Virus record (IMG/VR): IMGVR_UViG_3300004481_000331
Location: 1,548-65,547 of that record
Length of the DNA: 64,000 nt
Strand: one strand, 5' to 3'
From: a virus
Lineage: Duplodnaviria; Caudoviricetes
Shown: positions 47,749-57,124 of the stretch, one piece after another
Layout of the letters: every line of letters starts with the position of its first letter
Numbering within the stretch: the stretch's first letter is position 1
Translations under genes and position numbers: made by a program
Notes under the pieces: generated by a model
The model's database searches: none
Told to the model about the DNA's origin: nothing
Seen by the model: only the letters and a program-made list of their open reading frames with translations

Positions 47749-47966
47749 AAACCAGCACTGATGTACTCACGCAAATTATCTACATGATCAAAGTGCTCAA
47801 CTATATGGTAAACATGCCTGCGCCCAATTACCAGTACCATATGACAGCCACACAGTTGGTGATCGATGAATTAGATCGCTTAGAAAAAGTTTACCGCAAA
47901 TTATCAGACAATGATGATTTCCGCTGGACTTCCATTCAACACACAGTAAAAAAGGAAAAAGCATGA
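47745..47966 (+). CDS. Hypothetical protein
   Basis: ATGA overlap. Confidence 0.6.
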   Translation: MKTSTDVLTQIIYMIKVLNYMVNMPAPNYQYHMTATQLVIDELDRLEKVYRKLSDNDDFRWTSIQHTVKKEKA

Positions 47967-48172
47967 GCATCCAAATCGTTCCGCAAAACGGCATACACTG
48001 TTACTGCAATGCATGTAGCACAACTTCTGGGGAAGTGGCAAAGAATTATAAATTTTATGGTGTGCGTTTCCAGCGCGGTTATGATGCAATAGTTGTCTAT
48101 TTGTGCGAAGCATGCCTGCAAGAATTGAAAAGTGCATATACTAAATTAGGCAAGAATTTTGGCGAGAAATGA
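47963..48172 (+). CDS. Zn-finger protein (CNAC...CEAC), paralogue of 47274
   Basis: ATGA overlap. Confidence 0.65.
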   Translation: MSIQIVPQNGIHCYCNACSTTSGEVAKNYKFYGVRFQRGYDAIVVYLCEACLQELKSAYTKLGKNFGEK

Positions 48173-48175
48173 TCA

Positions 48176-48394
48176 ATGGCTAAGAATCGTGTGAACAGTC
48201 GTTTCCGGCATGGTACGGTTATTTGCTGGAATTGTGGAAAAGTCACCCGGGACACCGGCTGGGGGGAGAACAGTTTGCAGATGTGCAAGAATTGCATCGA
48301 AGCGCAAGAATGGGCTAATGGCATCACCGATGGCACTTACACACTTGAAGATATCGCAATCAAGAAACGCGAACTGGTCAAGAAATTCCTATAA
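48176..48394 (+). CDS. Zn-finger protein (CWNC...CKNC)
   Basis: In operon. Confidence 0.6.
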   Translation: MAKNRVNSRFRHGTVICWNCGKVTRDTGWGENSLQMCKNCIEAQEWANGITDGTYTLEDIAIKKRELVKKFL

Positions 48395-48400
48395 ATTGGG

Positions 48401-48461
48401 GCTTGACATCCTGTGTATATTATGATATTATTATCACATGATAAGCACACAGGAGACACAC
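48401..48461 (+). promoter_or_regulatory. Early promoter-RBS element, copy 11
   Basis: TTGACA 48403, TATTAT 48426. Confidence 0.85.
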
Positions 48462-48959
48462 ATGACCAAGAGCGAGATTTTCTCAATGTATAACAAAGCA
48501 CGTGCCGCAGCGAAGAAAGGCAAATTGGATGCAGGGCGCGTCAATCGTGCATTAGGTGTCTTGCAGAGCAAGCAGTCACGTGGTTACCAGACTACGATCA
48601 AGTCCTGCAATTGCGAAGATCACAAGCGGCATCCGCAGGTTGCGTGCAAGCACATGGTTGCCAAAATGATCGAAACACGCATTGAGCAAAAGCAGTCGAA
48701 AGTTCAACCGCAGCAGCAAATGATCATTGAAGTCACCTACGCTGGATATTCACCTGCAGATGCCTTTGTGTGGGGCGCATATGACAAGCAGAACAAAGTT
48801 GAAGAAGTTGTAATTAACGGCATGAAGCACAGCAATCCAGGTGATGCAATTCAGAATTTAGTCGATCAAGGTTGGAAGTTTGTCAATGCGCAATACATGA
48901 AGCGATATCCGAAACCGGGTTGCCATCGGTACATGATCACCTTACAAAAGGAAGGGTAA
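48462..48959 (+). CDS. SWIM Zn-finger protein
   Basis: CxC...CKH motif (SCNCEDH...ACKHMVA); SD-led ATG 48462, with an in-frame ATG also at 48438. Confidence 0.7.
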   Translation: MTKSEIFSMYNKARAAAKKGKLDAGRVNRALGVLQSKQSRGYQTTIKSCNCEDHKRHPQVACKHMVAKMIETRIEQKQSKVQPQQQMIIEVTYAGYSPADAFVWGAYDKQNKVEEVVINGMKHSNPGDAIQNLVDQGWKFVNAQYMKRYPKPGCHRYMITLQKEG

Positions 48960-48960
48960 C

Positions 48961-49395
48961 ATGAAAAATTCTTATTACCAGATGCCAGTGATTGATCTCA
49001 GCAAAATTGAGTTGACCGAAGCAGAGCGCAAAATTGCGCAGCGTATCATCAACACAAAAACCGGTCAACTGCGAGCCAGCAAGCCGCCCGTACCGCCGAA
49101 AGTCGAAGGCGCGCAGATTGAAGACAGCTTGTGCCATGTGTGGAATTATCGAGACGAAGAAGGCGCACTCGCTGGACGTGCAGCATACGTGTGGCGCATG
49201 GTCGCCTTCATGATCAGTCCTATGCCTGCACATCAATGCATGCCAGTCATGGCTTTCTGCGACCTGGGTGGCGACACCGCAGAGCGCAGGGCGCAGGAAA
49301 AAGAACTCGATGCATTGGCAGACCAGATTGTGTCAAGCATTCCTGCTGATCAGATGCATGGTGTCAAGCGATGGGCAAAGGCATTAGGTTATTAG
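48961..49395 (+). CDS. Conserved phage hypothetical protein
   Basis: SD AGGAAGG. Confidence 0.65.
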   Translation: MKNSYYQMPVIDLSKIELTEAERKIAQRIINTKTGQLRASKPPVPPKVEGAQIEDSLCHVWNYRDEEGALAGRAAYVWRMVAFMISPMPAHQCMPVMAFCDLGGDTAERRAQEKELDALADQIVSSIPADQMHGVKRWAKALGY

Positions 49396-49405
49396 GAGAT
49401 ATGAG

Positions 49406-49651
49406 ATGTCATGGGAAAACGAGAAATCTAAAACTAAAAGTGAAATACTGAAGTATCTAGGTATTCGAAACCATGTGCTAAAAGAACCAGATACCAATAT
49501 ACGCCTTGAGTTACTTCGCTTAGTTTGGAGAGAACTTTCCAGATTAGAACGGAAATATCAAAACTTAACTGGTGATCGAGAATGGACGTGGCATGCTTTT
49601 CAATTTACCGCTGAAGCAAAATCTTATCTAACTATTAGGGGTCAATCATGA
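49406..49651 (+). CDS. Hypothetical protein
   Basis: SD AGGAG. Confidence 0.6.
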   Translation: MSWENEKSKTKSEILKYLGIRNHVLKEPDTNIRLELLRLVWRELSRLERKYQNLTGDREWTWHAFQFTAEAKSYLTIRGQS

Positions 49652-49896
49652 AAAATATCTATCAAATAGCCAAAGAACGACTGGAACAAGTTGCATTGCT
49701 TGATCACAGTGGCGCAGTCGTCTGGCGAGGCAAGCAAGGTAATTTTGTGTACCTTTATCGCTATGACCGCATCATAAAATTGGCGAAAAGCGGTATGGCA
49801 ACTGATGCTCAACTTACCTTTGCCCGATTGAACGGAAACGGTTGGCAAGTATGCACAGTAAAAGAATATCAGCAATGGATTTCTAACATTGCATAA
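49648..49896 (+). CDS. Hypothetical protein
   Basis: ATGA overlap. Confidence 0.6.
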   Translation: MKNIYQIAKERLEQVALLDHSGAVVWRGKQGNFVYLYRYDRIIKLAKSGMATDAQLTFARLNGNGWQVCTVKEYQQWISNIA

Positions 49897-49940
49897 TTAT
49901 ATAAATATGTTATAATATCATCATAACAGGAGAAAAAATC
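49889..49940 (+). promoter_or_regulatory. Variant promoter-RBS
   Basis: TTGCAT 49889, 16-nt spacer, TGn-TATAAT 49911, CAGGAGA. Confidence 0.55.
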
Positions 49941-50456
49941 ATGGATGAGTTACGCAATCTACAAGCACAAAAGAAAAATTTGATCGATCAAGGACGAGAC
50001 TGGTGCAAACACTTTGTGGTGCCGATGGTTACAGAAATGGGCAATACATTTACACCGTCACCGATCAATAGGTTAGGTTACCGCAACCATCTGCAGTGGT
50101 GGAAGCGCATGACCTTTGGCAACGTGGTTGTAGAAGTCGCTCAATGCAAAAGTCAGACAACTATTGCTGCACCGGGCAATACACGAGTTGGCGATACTAC
50201 ATACTGGATACAAGTCTTCGTGGGTGAGCATCAACCGTGCAACCTGACAGTAACAGATCGGAGCAACTACGAGCGAGATAATGAGATATTTGTGCCGGGT
50301 GATTGGATGTCCGCGATCAATGAAGCCATAGATCAATTTGAATTCTTGGCAGCACAAGCCAAGTTGGAAGAAGAAAAAGAACAGGTGCGCATCCTGCAAA
50401 AGCAGTTGCTTGTGGACGTACCTGGATATCGCTTATCTTGGAATTCAGAGGAGTAA
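49941..50456 (+). CDS. Hypothetical protein
   Basis: SD-led. Confidence 0.7.
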   Translation: MDELRNLQAQKKNLIDQGRDWCKHFVVPMVTEMGNTFTPSPINRLGYRNHLQWWKRMTFGNVVVEVAQCKSQTTIAAPGNTRVGDTTYWIQVFVGEHQPCNLTVTDRSNYERDNEIFVPGDWMSAINEAIDQFEFLAAQAKLEEEKEQVRILQKQLLVDVPGYRLSWNSEE

Positions 50457-50460
50457 TAAC

Positions 50461-50841
50461 ATGCCACCTAAGAAACGTTTTGATCACACTGTACCGCCTA
50501 CAATCGTATCCAAAGAAGATGCAGAATTTGTGCGACAATTGCGCCTGGATATGAGCAATAAATTTAACAGCCGCGTCAACTTGTCAGACGCACTTCGAGA
50601 ATGCTTGTGCGCCCTTGACCGTGCCGATGGGTATGGCAATGATGGCAAGTTGAAGCCTATCGCCAGCCGGGTTATGCGCCAAGTCGCTGATTCTGATCGA
50701 TTGCCGCCTTTTCAATGCACGCAAGCGCAGCGTCTAATGATCGAAGCAATTAGCCTGAAACAAGATTGGACAGTGGCGCAGGTCATTCGTGCAGCCATCG
50801 ATGCCAAGCGCAAGGAGGTGCAAACAACAGTCAGTCAATAA
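50461..50841 (+). CDS. Putative tandem ribbon-helix-helix DNA-binding protein
   Basis: Two internal repeats (VPPTIVS...LSDALRECL and LPPFQCT...VAQVIRAAI); SD GAGGAG. Confidence 0.5.
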   Translation: MPPKKRFDHTVPPTIVSKEDAEFVRQLRLDMSNKFNSRVNLSDALRECLCALDRADGYGNDGKLKPIASRVMRQVADSDRLPPFQCTQAQRLMIEAISLKQDWTVAQVIRAAIDAKRKEVQTTVSQ

Positions 50842-50906
50842 CATGATCAACAACCAGTAGCTTATGATCAACAAATCCAAAACTATCAAAAAAAAGGAGT
50901 TTCACC

Positions 50907-51749
50907 ATGTTTACCAATATTCCAGATGATGTCAGAAACGCAGCAGCTAACATCCAAAGTCAGCAGCAAGAAGAAGGTGTACGCCTGCCTTTTCCAGTCA
51001 GTTACTTTCGCTGGATGAATGGTGACACAAAGCAGAAGCGAGCCGGTGATGCCACGTACTTTGGTGGCTGGGCGGTCACCGCTGAAATGCTAGAAACGCA
51101 AGTCGCTTTGACCGGGCAAGGGCTTTTACCTGGATTTGAGAAAACCACGCTGATCGGTGAGAGTGAGTATGATGCATACATCAGCCGCTTGATCGCAGTT
51201 GCCACAATCTGTAAGCGCAAGCGCTGGGTCGGAAGTACCAGTCACGTTCAAATCCTGGCTTATGCCGCAGAATACAGCAAGGCTGATCAGTCATTCAAAC
51301 CATGGGGTCAGGTCGTTTTGACCGCTAAAGGTTACAGCAGTTTATACATTGAACGCTGCCTGGATAACTGGTCGAGCGCAACTGCCGCCGCGCGGCGCAC
51401 GCATGCAAACAACTTACCTGCCTGGGCATTTTATGCCTTTCTGGGTACATTCGGCAACGAGATCATAGTCGAGCAAGTCGGCAAGTCAGTGAAGCGTCCG
51501 ATCACACCATGCCAAGTTTACCTGCCCAAAGACTTGAGCACCATTGATCTTGATTACCTGACCAAGCGGTATGTGAGCAATGAAATCCTTCTGATCATGA
51601 ATGATCTGGCACAAAGCGCGGAAGCGTGGCGGCTTGCATGGCAAGACAGCAATGCCAATGCCAATCAGTCAGAAAATGCAGGGCGCAACAGCGGCGGTCA
51701 TCAGCAAGAACCGCCTGACAATTTCTCGGGCGATGAGCCTCCATTTTAG
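50907..51749 (+). CDS. Putative ssDNA-binding/annealing protein
   Basis: Disordered tail ending in acidic-aromatic ...DNFSGDEPPF (SSB-like tip). Confidence 0.55.
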   Translation: MFTNIPDDVRNAAANIQSQQQEEGVRLPFPVSYFRWMNGDTKQKRAGDATYFGGWAVTAEMLETQVALTGQGLLPGFEKTTLIGESEYDAYISRLIAVATICKRKRWVGSTSHVQILAYAAEYSKADQSFKPWGQVVLTAKGYSSLYIERCLDNWSSATAAARRTHANNLPAWAFYAFLGTFGNEIIVEQVGKSVKRPITPCQVYLPKDLSTIDLDYLTKRYVSNEILLIMNDLAQSAEAWRLAWQDSNANANQSENAGRNSGGHQQEPPDNFSGDEPPF

Positions 51750-52082
51750 CCCATCAGCGGCGAGTACAGAGAGGTGAAACAGCGATGACCACGGCCACGG
51801 TCAAGCCAAATTAGCCCACAAATGAGGAAAGCCGTATGGGATGACTGGCGCAGATGTGCCGGATAAATATCAAGCGCAAAGGAGCTTGACGGTCTGCGCC
51901 AGTTATAAATTTGATACTTTTACTGAAAAAGTATTGGGCGAAGTTGATCATACATTGGACGAACCAGATTACCTGGGAAGCAATTGGTGATGAGTAAAAT
52001 CTGATACAGGTTATATCCAGTGAAGCCGTAACCCCTCTACACGGTCAAGCAAGTGGAAGGCTTGCAGAAGCAAGAGAAAATC

Positions 52083-52553
52083 ATGCAACTAATAGCAACA
52101 AGTCTAACAGGTTCAGAAATAGTCAACAGATTGCGCCAAGGGCATGTAGTTCGGCGCCCGGTATGGCAAGAACACTACTACACTCGCATATGCAATGAAA
52201 GCGGCTTTGATCAGCAAGGCAATGCGATATTTGACGAAAGACAAATAGGCATCTACACGCTCGGCAGCGATGGCTATTTTACGCACTTGGGATTTAGCGC
52301 ACAACCTTTCCCACCTGAATATGTTTGGCACGCCAATAGCGGCATGGTCAATGTAACCTCTCGGCAAGGTGAAGGCATGTGCGCTTTCTTCGCAGACGAT
52401 TGGGAAGATTATGGTTTCATGACCAGCGAAGAATTTAATGCATTGATCAAAGAATGCTCACCGCTAATAAGAACCAGAAAGTTAGAAATCAGAAATGCAG
52501 CCGCAGATGCACAAGATAAAGAAAGGATTGAAGATGAAGACGATTGTGAATGA
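52083..52553 (+). CDS. Hypothetical protein (DUF2829-like N-terminus)
   Basis: 'LRQGHVVRRPVW' motif. Confidence 0.55.
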   Translation: MQLIATSLTGSEIVNRLRQGHVVRRPVWQEHYYTRICNESGFDQQGNAIFDERQIGIYTLGSDGYFTHLGFSAQPFPPEYVWHANSGMVNVTSRQGEGMCAFFADDWEDYGFMTSEEFNALIKECSPLIRTRKLEIRNAAADAQDKERIEDEDDCE

Positions 52554-52917
52554 GCCAGCAGTAACCACCGAAGATATTATTCTTGACGTTGAAGGTAAGC
52601 CAACTCGTTTGACTTTTATCTTCATTGGAATTGACATAACTACCTGTCTAATTCATGGCTTGCATAGTTTTACAGCACGCGGTGATATTGCCCGTACTCG
52701 CATTCCGGTCAATGGTGTCGCAGTCAAGCATCCCAAAGATGATCAAGACATAAATTATGGCATGCGCTTGGCAACTAAGCGTTGCTGTCAAAATATAGAC
52801 CCAAGCGAAGAATGGCAAGGTGGCATGGGTAAAATCGGTGCTGTAATCTATCAAGCATTCAGAATTTGGCAGCGAGATAACAACAGACAGCCATTGTCTA
52901 AAGCCTTGCATGTCTAA
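52534..52917 (+). CDS. Hypothetical protein
   Basis: SD AAGGA before ATG 52534. Confidence 0.55.
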   Translation: MKTIVNEPAVTTEDIILDVEGKPTRLTFIFIGIDITTCLIHGLHSFTARGDIARTRIPVNGVAVKHPKDDQDINYGMRLATKRCCQNIDPSEEWQGGMGKIGAVIYQAFRIWQRDNNRQPLSKALHV

Positions 52918-52963
52918 TCATAGTATGATATGATAATAATATAAAATAAACAGGAGACAGAAA
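52906..52963 (+). promoter_or_regulatory. Variant promoter-RBS
   Basis: TTGCAT 52906, N17, TGn-TATGAT 52929, CAGGAGACAGAAA. Confidence 0.6.
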
Positions 52964-53311
52964 ATGCATATCAAAACTATTAGTGCAGAATATCAGCGGA
53001 AATTCAATGTGGGCGACTTCGAGAGCGCGGCACTCAGCGCAGGCGCATGGGCAGACATCGATCAAGGCGAAGATGCTGAGACATGTATGACTGTATTGCA
53101 AGAATTTTGCAAAGAAACTGTGCGCCAGCAATCGCAGCAAATTTTGCGCCACCGCAAGGGTCATGGCGTGGAATATGCCATGCTCGAAGATGACCACAAT
53201 CAACTGCAAGAAGCAGTGATCGAGTTTGCACGTGCAAACAAAGGCAATGCCGAACTGATCAGCCAACTGGCAGAATCGGAAATTCTGAAACAGTATTTGC
53301 CGAGCAACTAA
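52964..53311 (+). CDS. Hypothetical protein
   Basis: SD-led. Confidence 0.7.
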   Translation: MHIKTISAEYQRKFNVGDFESAALSAGAWADIDQGEDAETCMTVLQEFCKETVRQQSQQILRHRKGHGVEYAMLEDDHNQLQEAVIEFARANKGNAELISQLAESEILKQYLPSN

Positions 53312-53312
53312 A

Positions 53313-53561
53313 ATGCCACGAATTATTCATACTTCACCTGCGCCGGCATGTCCAGAATGTGGTGGGCTTATGGTGCTGCGCCAACCTCGCCCGGGTGGAA
53401 AAACTTTCGAAGCATTTTGGGGATGTCAATCATATCCTAACTGTCATGGTAAAAGGAATATCGATGAAGATGGTTTTCCGGAAGATGACTATGAGAATTT
53501 TGATGACTATGACTTAGATGATTCACATCCAGGGCATCCTAACAACTATGGTGATCGATGA
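53313..53561 (+). CDS. Topoisomerase-type C4 Zn-finger protein with acidic tail
   Basis: CPECGGLMVLR...FWGCQSYPNC. Confidence 0.75.
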   Translation: MPRIIHTSPAPACPECGGLMVLRQPRPGGKTFEAFWGCQSYPNCHGKRNIDEDGFPEDDYENFDDYDLDDSHPGHPNNYGDR

Positions 53562-53646
53562 ACAAGCCTACTCCCCCACCCCGCGAAGATATGCCGCTGT
53601 TTGTGGGGGCATCTTTTGGACGCAATTTTGACGGACGCTAAGGAGA

Positions 53647-54240
53647 ATGATCATGCAGTACTTATTCTTTGACACAGAAACCACAGGTGTACCACGTAAC
53701 TATAAAGCACCAATAACTGACCTGGAAAACTGGCCTCGCCTCGTACAAATAGCTTGGGTAGTTTTCAACGAGAATGGCGAGAAAGATGGTGGACTTTTCA
53801 CTGAATGTAACTATCTGATCAAGCCAGAAGGTTTCACCATCCCTGATCAAGCCACTGCAGTGCATGGCATCACAACAGAAAAGGCAATCAGTGAAGGTCA
53901 CTCATTAGTAAGCGTTTTGGCAATCTTTCACCATCAATTGGGCTTATGTGAAAAAGTAGCCGGGCATAATGTCATGTTTGATATTAACGTAGTAGGGGCT
54001 GAGTTTTTGCGCAGCAAATTGCCTGCGCCTAACATTGCACCATTGCGCATAGTTGACACAATGCTGCGCACTACACAGCTTTGCCGCTTACCTGGACCTT
54101 ACGGTTTCAAATGGCCTACCTTGACTGAACTGCATCAGTTTGTCTTTGGCGAACCATTTGAAGGTGCGCATGATGCACTCGCCGATATTACTGCAACCGC
54201 CCGATGCTTTTTTGAACTTAGGAAGCGAGGCAAATTATGA
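53647..54240 (+). CDS. DEDDh 3'-5' exonuclease (DnaQ-like)
   Basis: FFDTETTG; AGHNVMFD; AHDALADI. Confidence 0.9.
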   Translation: MIMQYLFFDTETTGVPRNYKAPITDLENWPRLVQIAWVVFNENGEKDGGLFTECNYLIKPEGFTIPDQATAVHGITTEKAISEGHSLVSVLAIFHHQLGLCEKVAGHNVMFDINVVGAEFLRSKLPAPNIAPLRIVDTMLRTTQLCRLPGPYGFKWPTLTELHQFVFGEPFEGAHDALADITATARCFFELRKRGKL

Positions 54241-54446
54241 GTCAATCATCGATCAATGAAGATAAACTTTCGCCACTTGGCGTTGTCTTTGGAATTTTGG
54301 AAATTCTCCTAGCATTCTGGATTTCTGCATTGATCATAATTGCTCTACACCTGAAGTGGGGCTGGGGCATTCCTATCTATATCATTGTATTACTCATCCT
54401 TTGCTTGGTTGTAGACCCAATTCTATGCATGATTGCAGGTGATTGA
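54237..54446 (+). CDS. Small 2-TM membrane protein
   Basis: Hydrophobic; ATGA overlap. Confidence 0.6.
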   Translation: MSQSSINEDKLSPLGVVFGILEILLAFWISALIIIALHLKWGWGIPIYIIVLLILCLVVDPILCMIAGD

Positions 54447-55114
54447 TCAATGCATGCCGAAGCGCGTTCTTTCATAATATAATGTTTACTCAAAAGCGCA
54501 GTCTTGCCTTAACAGTTTTAGTTGCATTGATCGCAATTGCCGCTTGGATAATTTCAATGCAAGAGGGTATTCCTGACTGGTTAATGCAATTTTCACAAGC
54601 CAGCGCAATAGTTTTCCTATCACTTTACTGTGCTTTATTTACTGAGAACATTATTGATAATATACTGCCGAAGTTGAACCAATCGATCAGAGATAATCGC
54701 GAGGCACGTGTCTATCATTTGATTGCTTTGGCAAACTCGATGCAAGGGCTAAGCACGCTGCAGACAGAAGTGCTCGCAAAGCAAGATTTTGCTGGTGCAA
54801 TAGTTTACGCCTTAGATGATGAGTTTGTAGCATATATTGAGACAGGGCGAGGAAAAGTCAGATGGGAAGCAGCCATTGAATTCTTTAAAGCATCTCAAGA
54901 AACTGAACCATATTTAATGCCCGAGCGTGATGCATTGCGCAGTACATTTGAATTTCTGAATAAAGAAACAGCCACTTGGTTGACTGATATGCTGGTTATA
55001 AAAGGGCTTGCAACGCGAGGCGGCGGTAATCGATCAGCAAAACTAACTGTGCCATTAATCGTGGCTGCTGGTAAATTCAATATTGAGTTAAAAGAATTGG
55101 AGGCGGTAAAATGA
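54443..55114 (+). CDS. Membrane-anchored protein with possible C-terminal wHTH
   Basis: Two N-terminal TM helices. Confidence 0.6.
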   Translation: MINACRSAFFHNIMFTQKRSLALTVLVALIAIAAWIISMQEGIPDWLMQFSQASAIVFLSLYCALFTENIIDNILPKLNQSIRDNREARVYHLIALANSMQGLSTLQTEVLAKQDFAGAIVYALDDEFVAYIETGRGKVRWEAAIEFFKASQETEPYLMPERDALRSTFEFLNKETATWLTDMLVIKGLATRGGGNRSAKLTVPLIVAAGKFNIELKELEAVK

Positions 55115-55779
55115 TAGTCAAAGCAGGAGTTGTCGTTTTTCTTTTGTGCGCTTGTGCAGCATCAATCATTGTCGTAATATACTTGGAAAGCGAGTTCAAT
55201 AAACCTGAACCAGTTGTCCACGTTCCAAGCATCACAACTGAGTCAGGCATATTTCTAGCACCGGGTATTGTGAGTGATGTCATCAAAACTGATGCTTATA
55301 TTCATGCATCAAACACCGCAGATGCCTCAGCCTGGACAGATGAGTATAATTTTCAACACTACTCGCTGCCTGTCACATATGCAAATAACCTTGGTATGTT
55401 GACCACAGCCGAAGCACAAGAATATATACTGCGTGTATTAAAAGATTGCGCACCTTGCACAATCAATGCAGATGACTTGATCATAGATACCAAAGTGCTT
55501 GGTTTGATGGCATCTGCACCTGTCCAGCGTGTTGAAGTCAGCGAGTTATTAAATGACTATATTGTGGTTGACCTCGCCAAATATTCACTTGATCAGCAAC
55601 GCCAACTTGCAGAAGCTGGATATAATTCAATGGAAGCCATAGCGATCAGCGCAGATGCAAGTCAAACAGCAATCGCTGCCTCAGGATTTAGTGCTACATG
55701 CATGCCTTGGATCGCCATTGGAGTTGTAGCCATAGCAATCATGTTTATAACACTGCAAGCAAAGAAAGGTGAGAAATGA
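55111..55779 (+). CDS. Membrane protein (N- and C-terminal TM helices)
   Basis: Hydrophobic termini; SD GGAGG. Confidence 0.65.
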   Translation: MIVKAGVVVFLLCACAASIIVVIYLESEFNKPEPVVHVPSITTESGIFLAPGIVSDVIKTDAYIHASNTADASAWTDEYNFQHYSLPVTYANNLGMLTTAEAQEYILRVLKDCAPCTINADDLIIDTKVLGLMASAPVQRVEVSELLNDYIVVDLAKYSLDQQRQLAEAGYNSMEAIAISADASQTAIAASGFSATCMPWIAIGVVAIAIMFITLQAKKGEK

Positions 55780-55940
55780 TTAGCAAACTATTATGCCTAT
55801 TAGGTTTGCATAATTGGAGCAAGTGGAGCAACCCAGTAAATAATAAAAATGGCATGCTATTTGCCCTAACTGGAACAAGCGAAACTTTTATTCTACGCAC
55901 ATGCCAACGCTGCAATCTCACGCAGAAAAAAGTACTATGA
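55776..55940 (+). CDS. DUF1660-like small protein (54 aa)
   Basis: MISKLLCLLGLHNW...CQRC; below the ORF cutoff; ATGA overlaps. Confidence 0.55.
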   Translation: MISKLLCLLGLHNWSKWSNPVNNKNGMLFALTGTSETFILRTCQRCNLTQKKVL

Positions 55941-56053
55941 ATAAATCGCAGTCACCTTTAGATGCATCATTTCTGAAGATACTGCGCTTCATGCTGCTTT
56001 TTATCCTTTTCTTTGTGGTGATCGGTTGCCTGTGCTTGTCAGTCGTCAATTGA
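55937..56053 (+). CDS. 38-aa membrane peptide
   Basis: One TM helix; ATGA overlap. Confidence 0.4.
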   Translation: MNKSQSPLDASFLKILRFMLLFILFFVVIGCLCLSVVN

Positions 56054-56126
56054 TCAAAAAAGGCTTATTTCTAAGTTGTGGAACGCAGTAAAACAGGCTT
56101 GTTAACTTATTTAACAGGGTGCAGAA

Positions 56127-56447
56127 GTGGCAATGTCCCTCTCAAGGTATCAAGTATCAAGAATGCTAAATAAAGACCACCAGACGCTAAAAACTTGGCG
56201 CGCGGTGGCTGAGAAATGGGGTATAAATCCTGGTATGGCATTCATGATCGCGAGGCGAGGCTATGAACCAAAGACATCAGCAATCAGAACAAAGTTAGGA
56301 ATGTCAGCAATGACACTGGCGCCTGTTTGTCCAAAGTGCGGTAAATTGCATATCAGCAAGAAATGCACGCACAAAACAATTAGGAAATGGCGCGATCTGC
56401 CAACTGATCAACTACGCTACGCGATTGAACATAGAGAAGTTATATAA
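56127..56447 (+). CDS. HTH + CxxC protein
   Basis: 'TWRAVAEKWGINPGMAFMI', CPKC. Confidence 0.55.
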   Translation: MAMSLSRYQVSRMLNKDHQTLKTWRAVAEKWGINPGMAFMIARRGYEPKTSAIRTKLGMSAMTLAPVCPKCGKLHISKKCTHKTIRKWRDLPTDQLRYAIEHREVI

Positions 56448-56555
56448 TTATGAATGAATTTATTTATATCTTCATGGAATTTATTAGTGAAGCATATACT
56501 AATCTTGTTGACACACTACTAAAAACTTGGGTTGACATAAGGGAGATTATATTCG

Positions 56556-57095
56556 GTGAATAGCCTATACCATAATACGCATGAGTTTTCTTTTCTAGGT
56601 GTGACCAGTCAACAAAGCTATGCCGATTTTATTGCCTGGGAAATATTTTTCAATCGATATAAGATAAATTCAATGATTGAACTTGGCACAGGCAATGGCG
56701 GGATGGCGTTATACTTTTTACTTCAAGCAATGCAGCGTGGCTTCAGTTTCAAGACATGGGATATCAGATTACCCAAGCAAATACTTACAACTCGCTTATA
56801 TATAACGCTAAAATTCTCTAATCATTATTTCCAGGCTGATGCCTTTGAAAGCGTGGAAATCATCAATGCAAGTTTTTCCAGCACTACGTTGCTATACTGT
56901 GACAACGGCGACAAACCAAAAGAAGTGGCTATCTTTTCACCTTATCTAACAAATGGTGATTACTTGGCGGTGCATGATTGGGGCAAAGAAATATTTGCTG
57001 AACAGATACCTGATTACTGCAAACCGCTGATGATCGAAGAAAGCATTAATTTAGGCTCGATCACACGCTTTTTCCAAATCCAGAAGCCGGTATAA
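56556..57095 (+). CDS. Class I SAM-dependent small-molecule O-methyltransferase (CmcI/Methyltransf_24-like)
   Basis: IELGTGNGG; LLYCDNG; LAVHDW. Confidence 0.7.
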   Translation: MNSLYHNTHEFSFLGVTSQQSYADFIAWEIFFNRYKINSMIELGTGNGGMALYFLLQAMQRGFSFKTWDIRLPKQILTTRLYITLKFSNHYFQADAFESVEIINASFSSTTLLYCDNGDKPKEVAIFSPYLTNGDYLAVHDWGKEIFAEQIPDYCKPLMIEESINLGSITRFFQIQKPV

Positions 57096-57124
57096 ATTTA
57101 GCCCCAAGGTTACTACAACTTGGG

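Noticed and set aside
51824-51833. GAGGAAAGCC resembling the RNase P P4 motif
   Set aside because: Not the full GAGGAAAGUCC, and the complementary 3' P4 strand is not present.
53567-53612. CTAC(T)CCCCCACCCCGC similarity to the hairpin at 16943-16958
   Set aside because: A short low-complexity C-run match; the 53573/53603 stem is only 7 bp, so neither a shared element nor a terminator is well supported.
56500-56555. Two TTGACA hexamers upstream of the methyltransferase
   Set aside because: No -10 box at 16-18-nt spacing could be identified.
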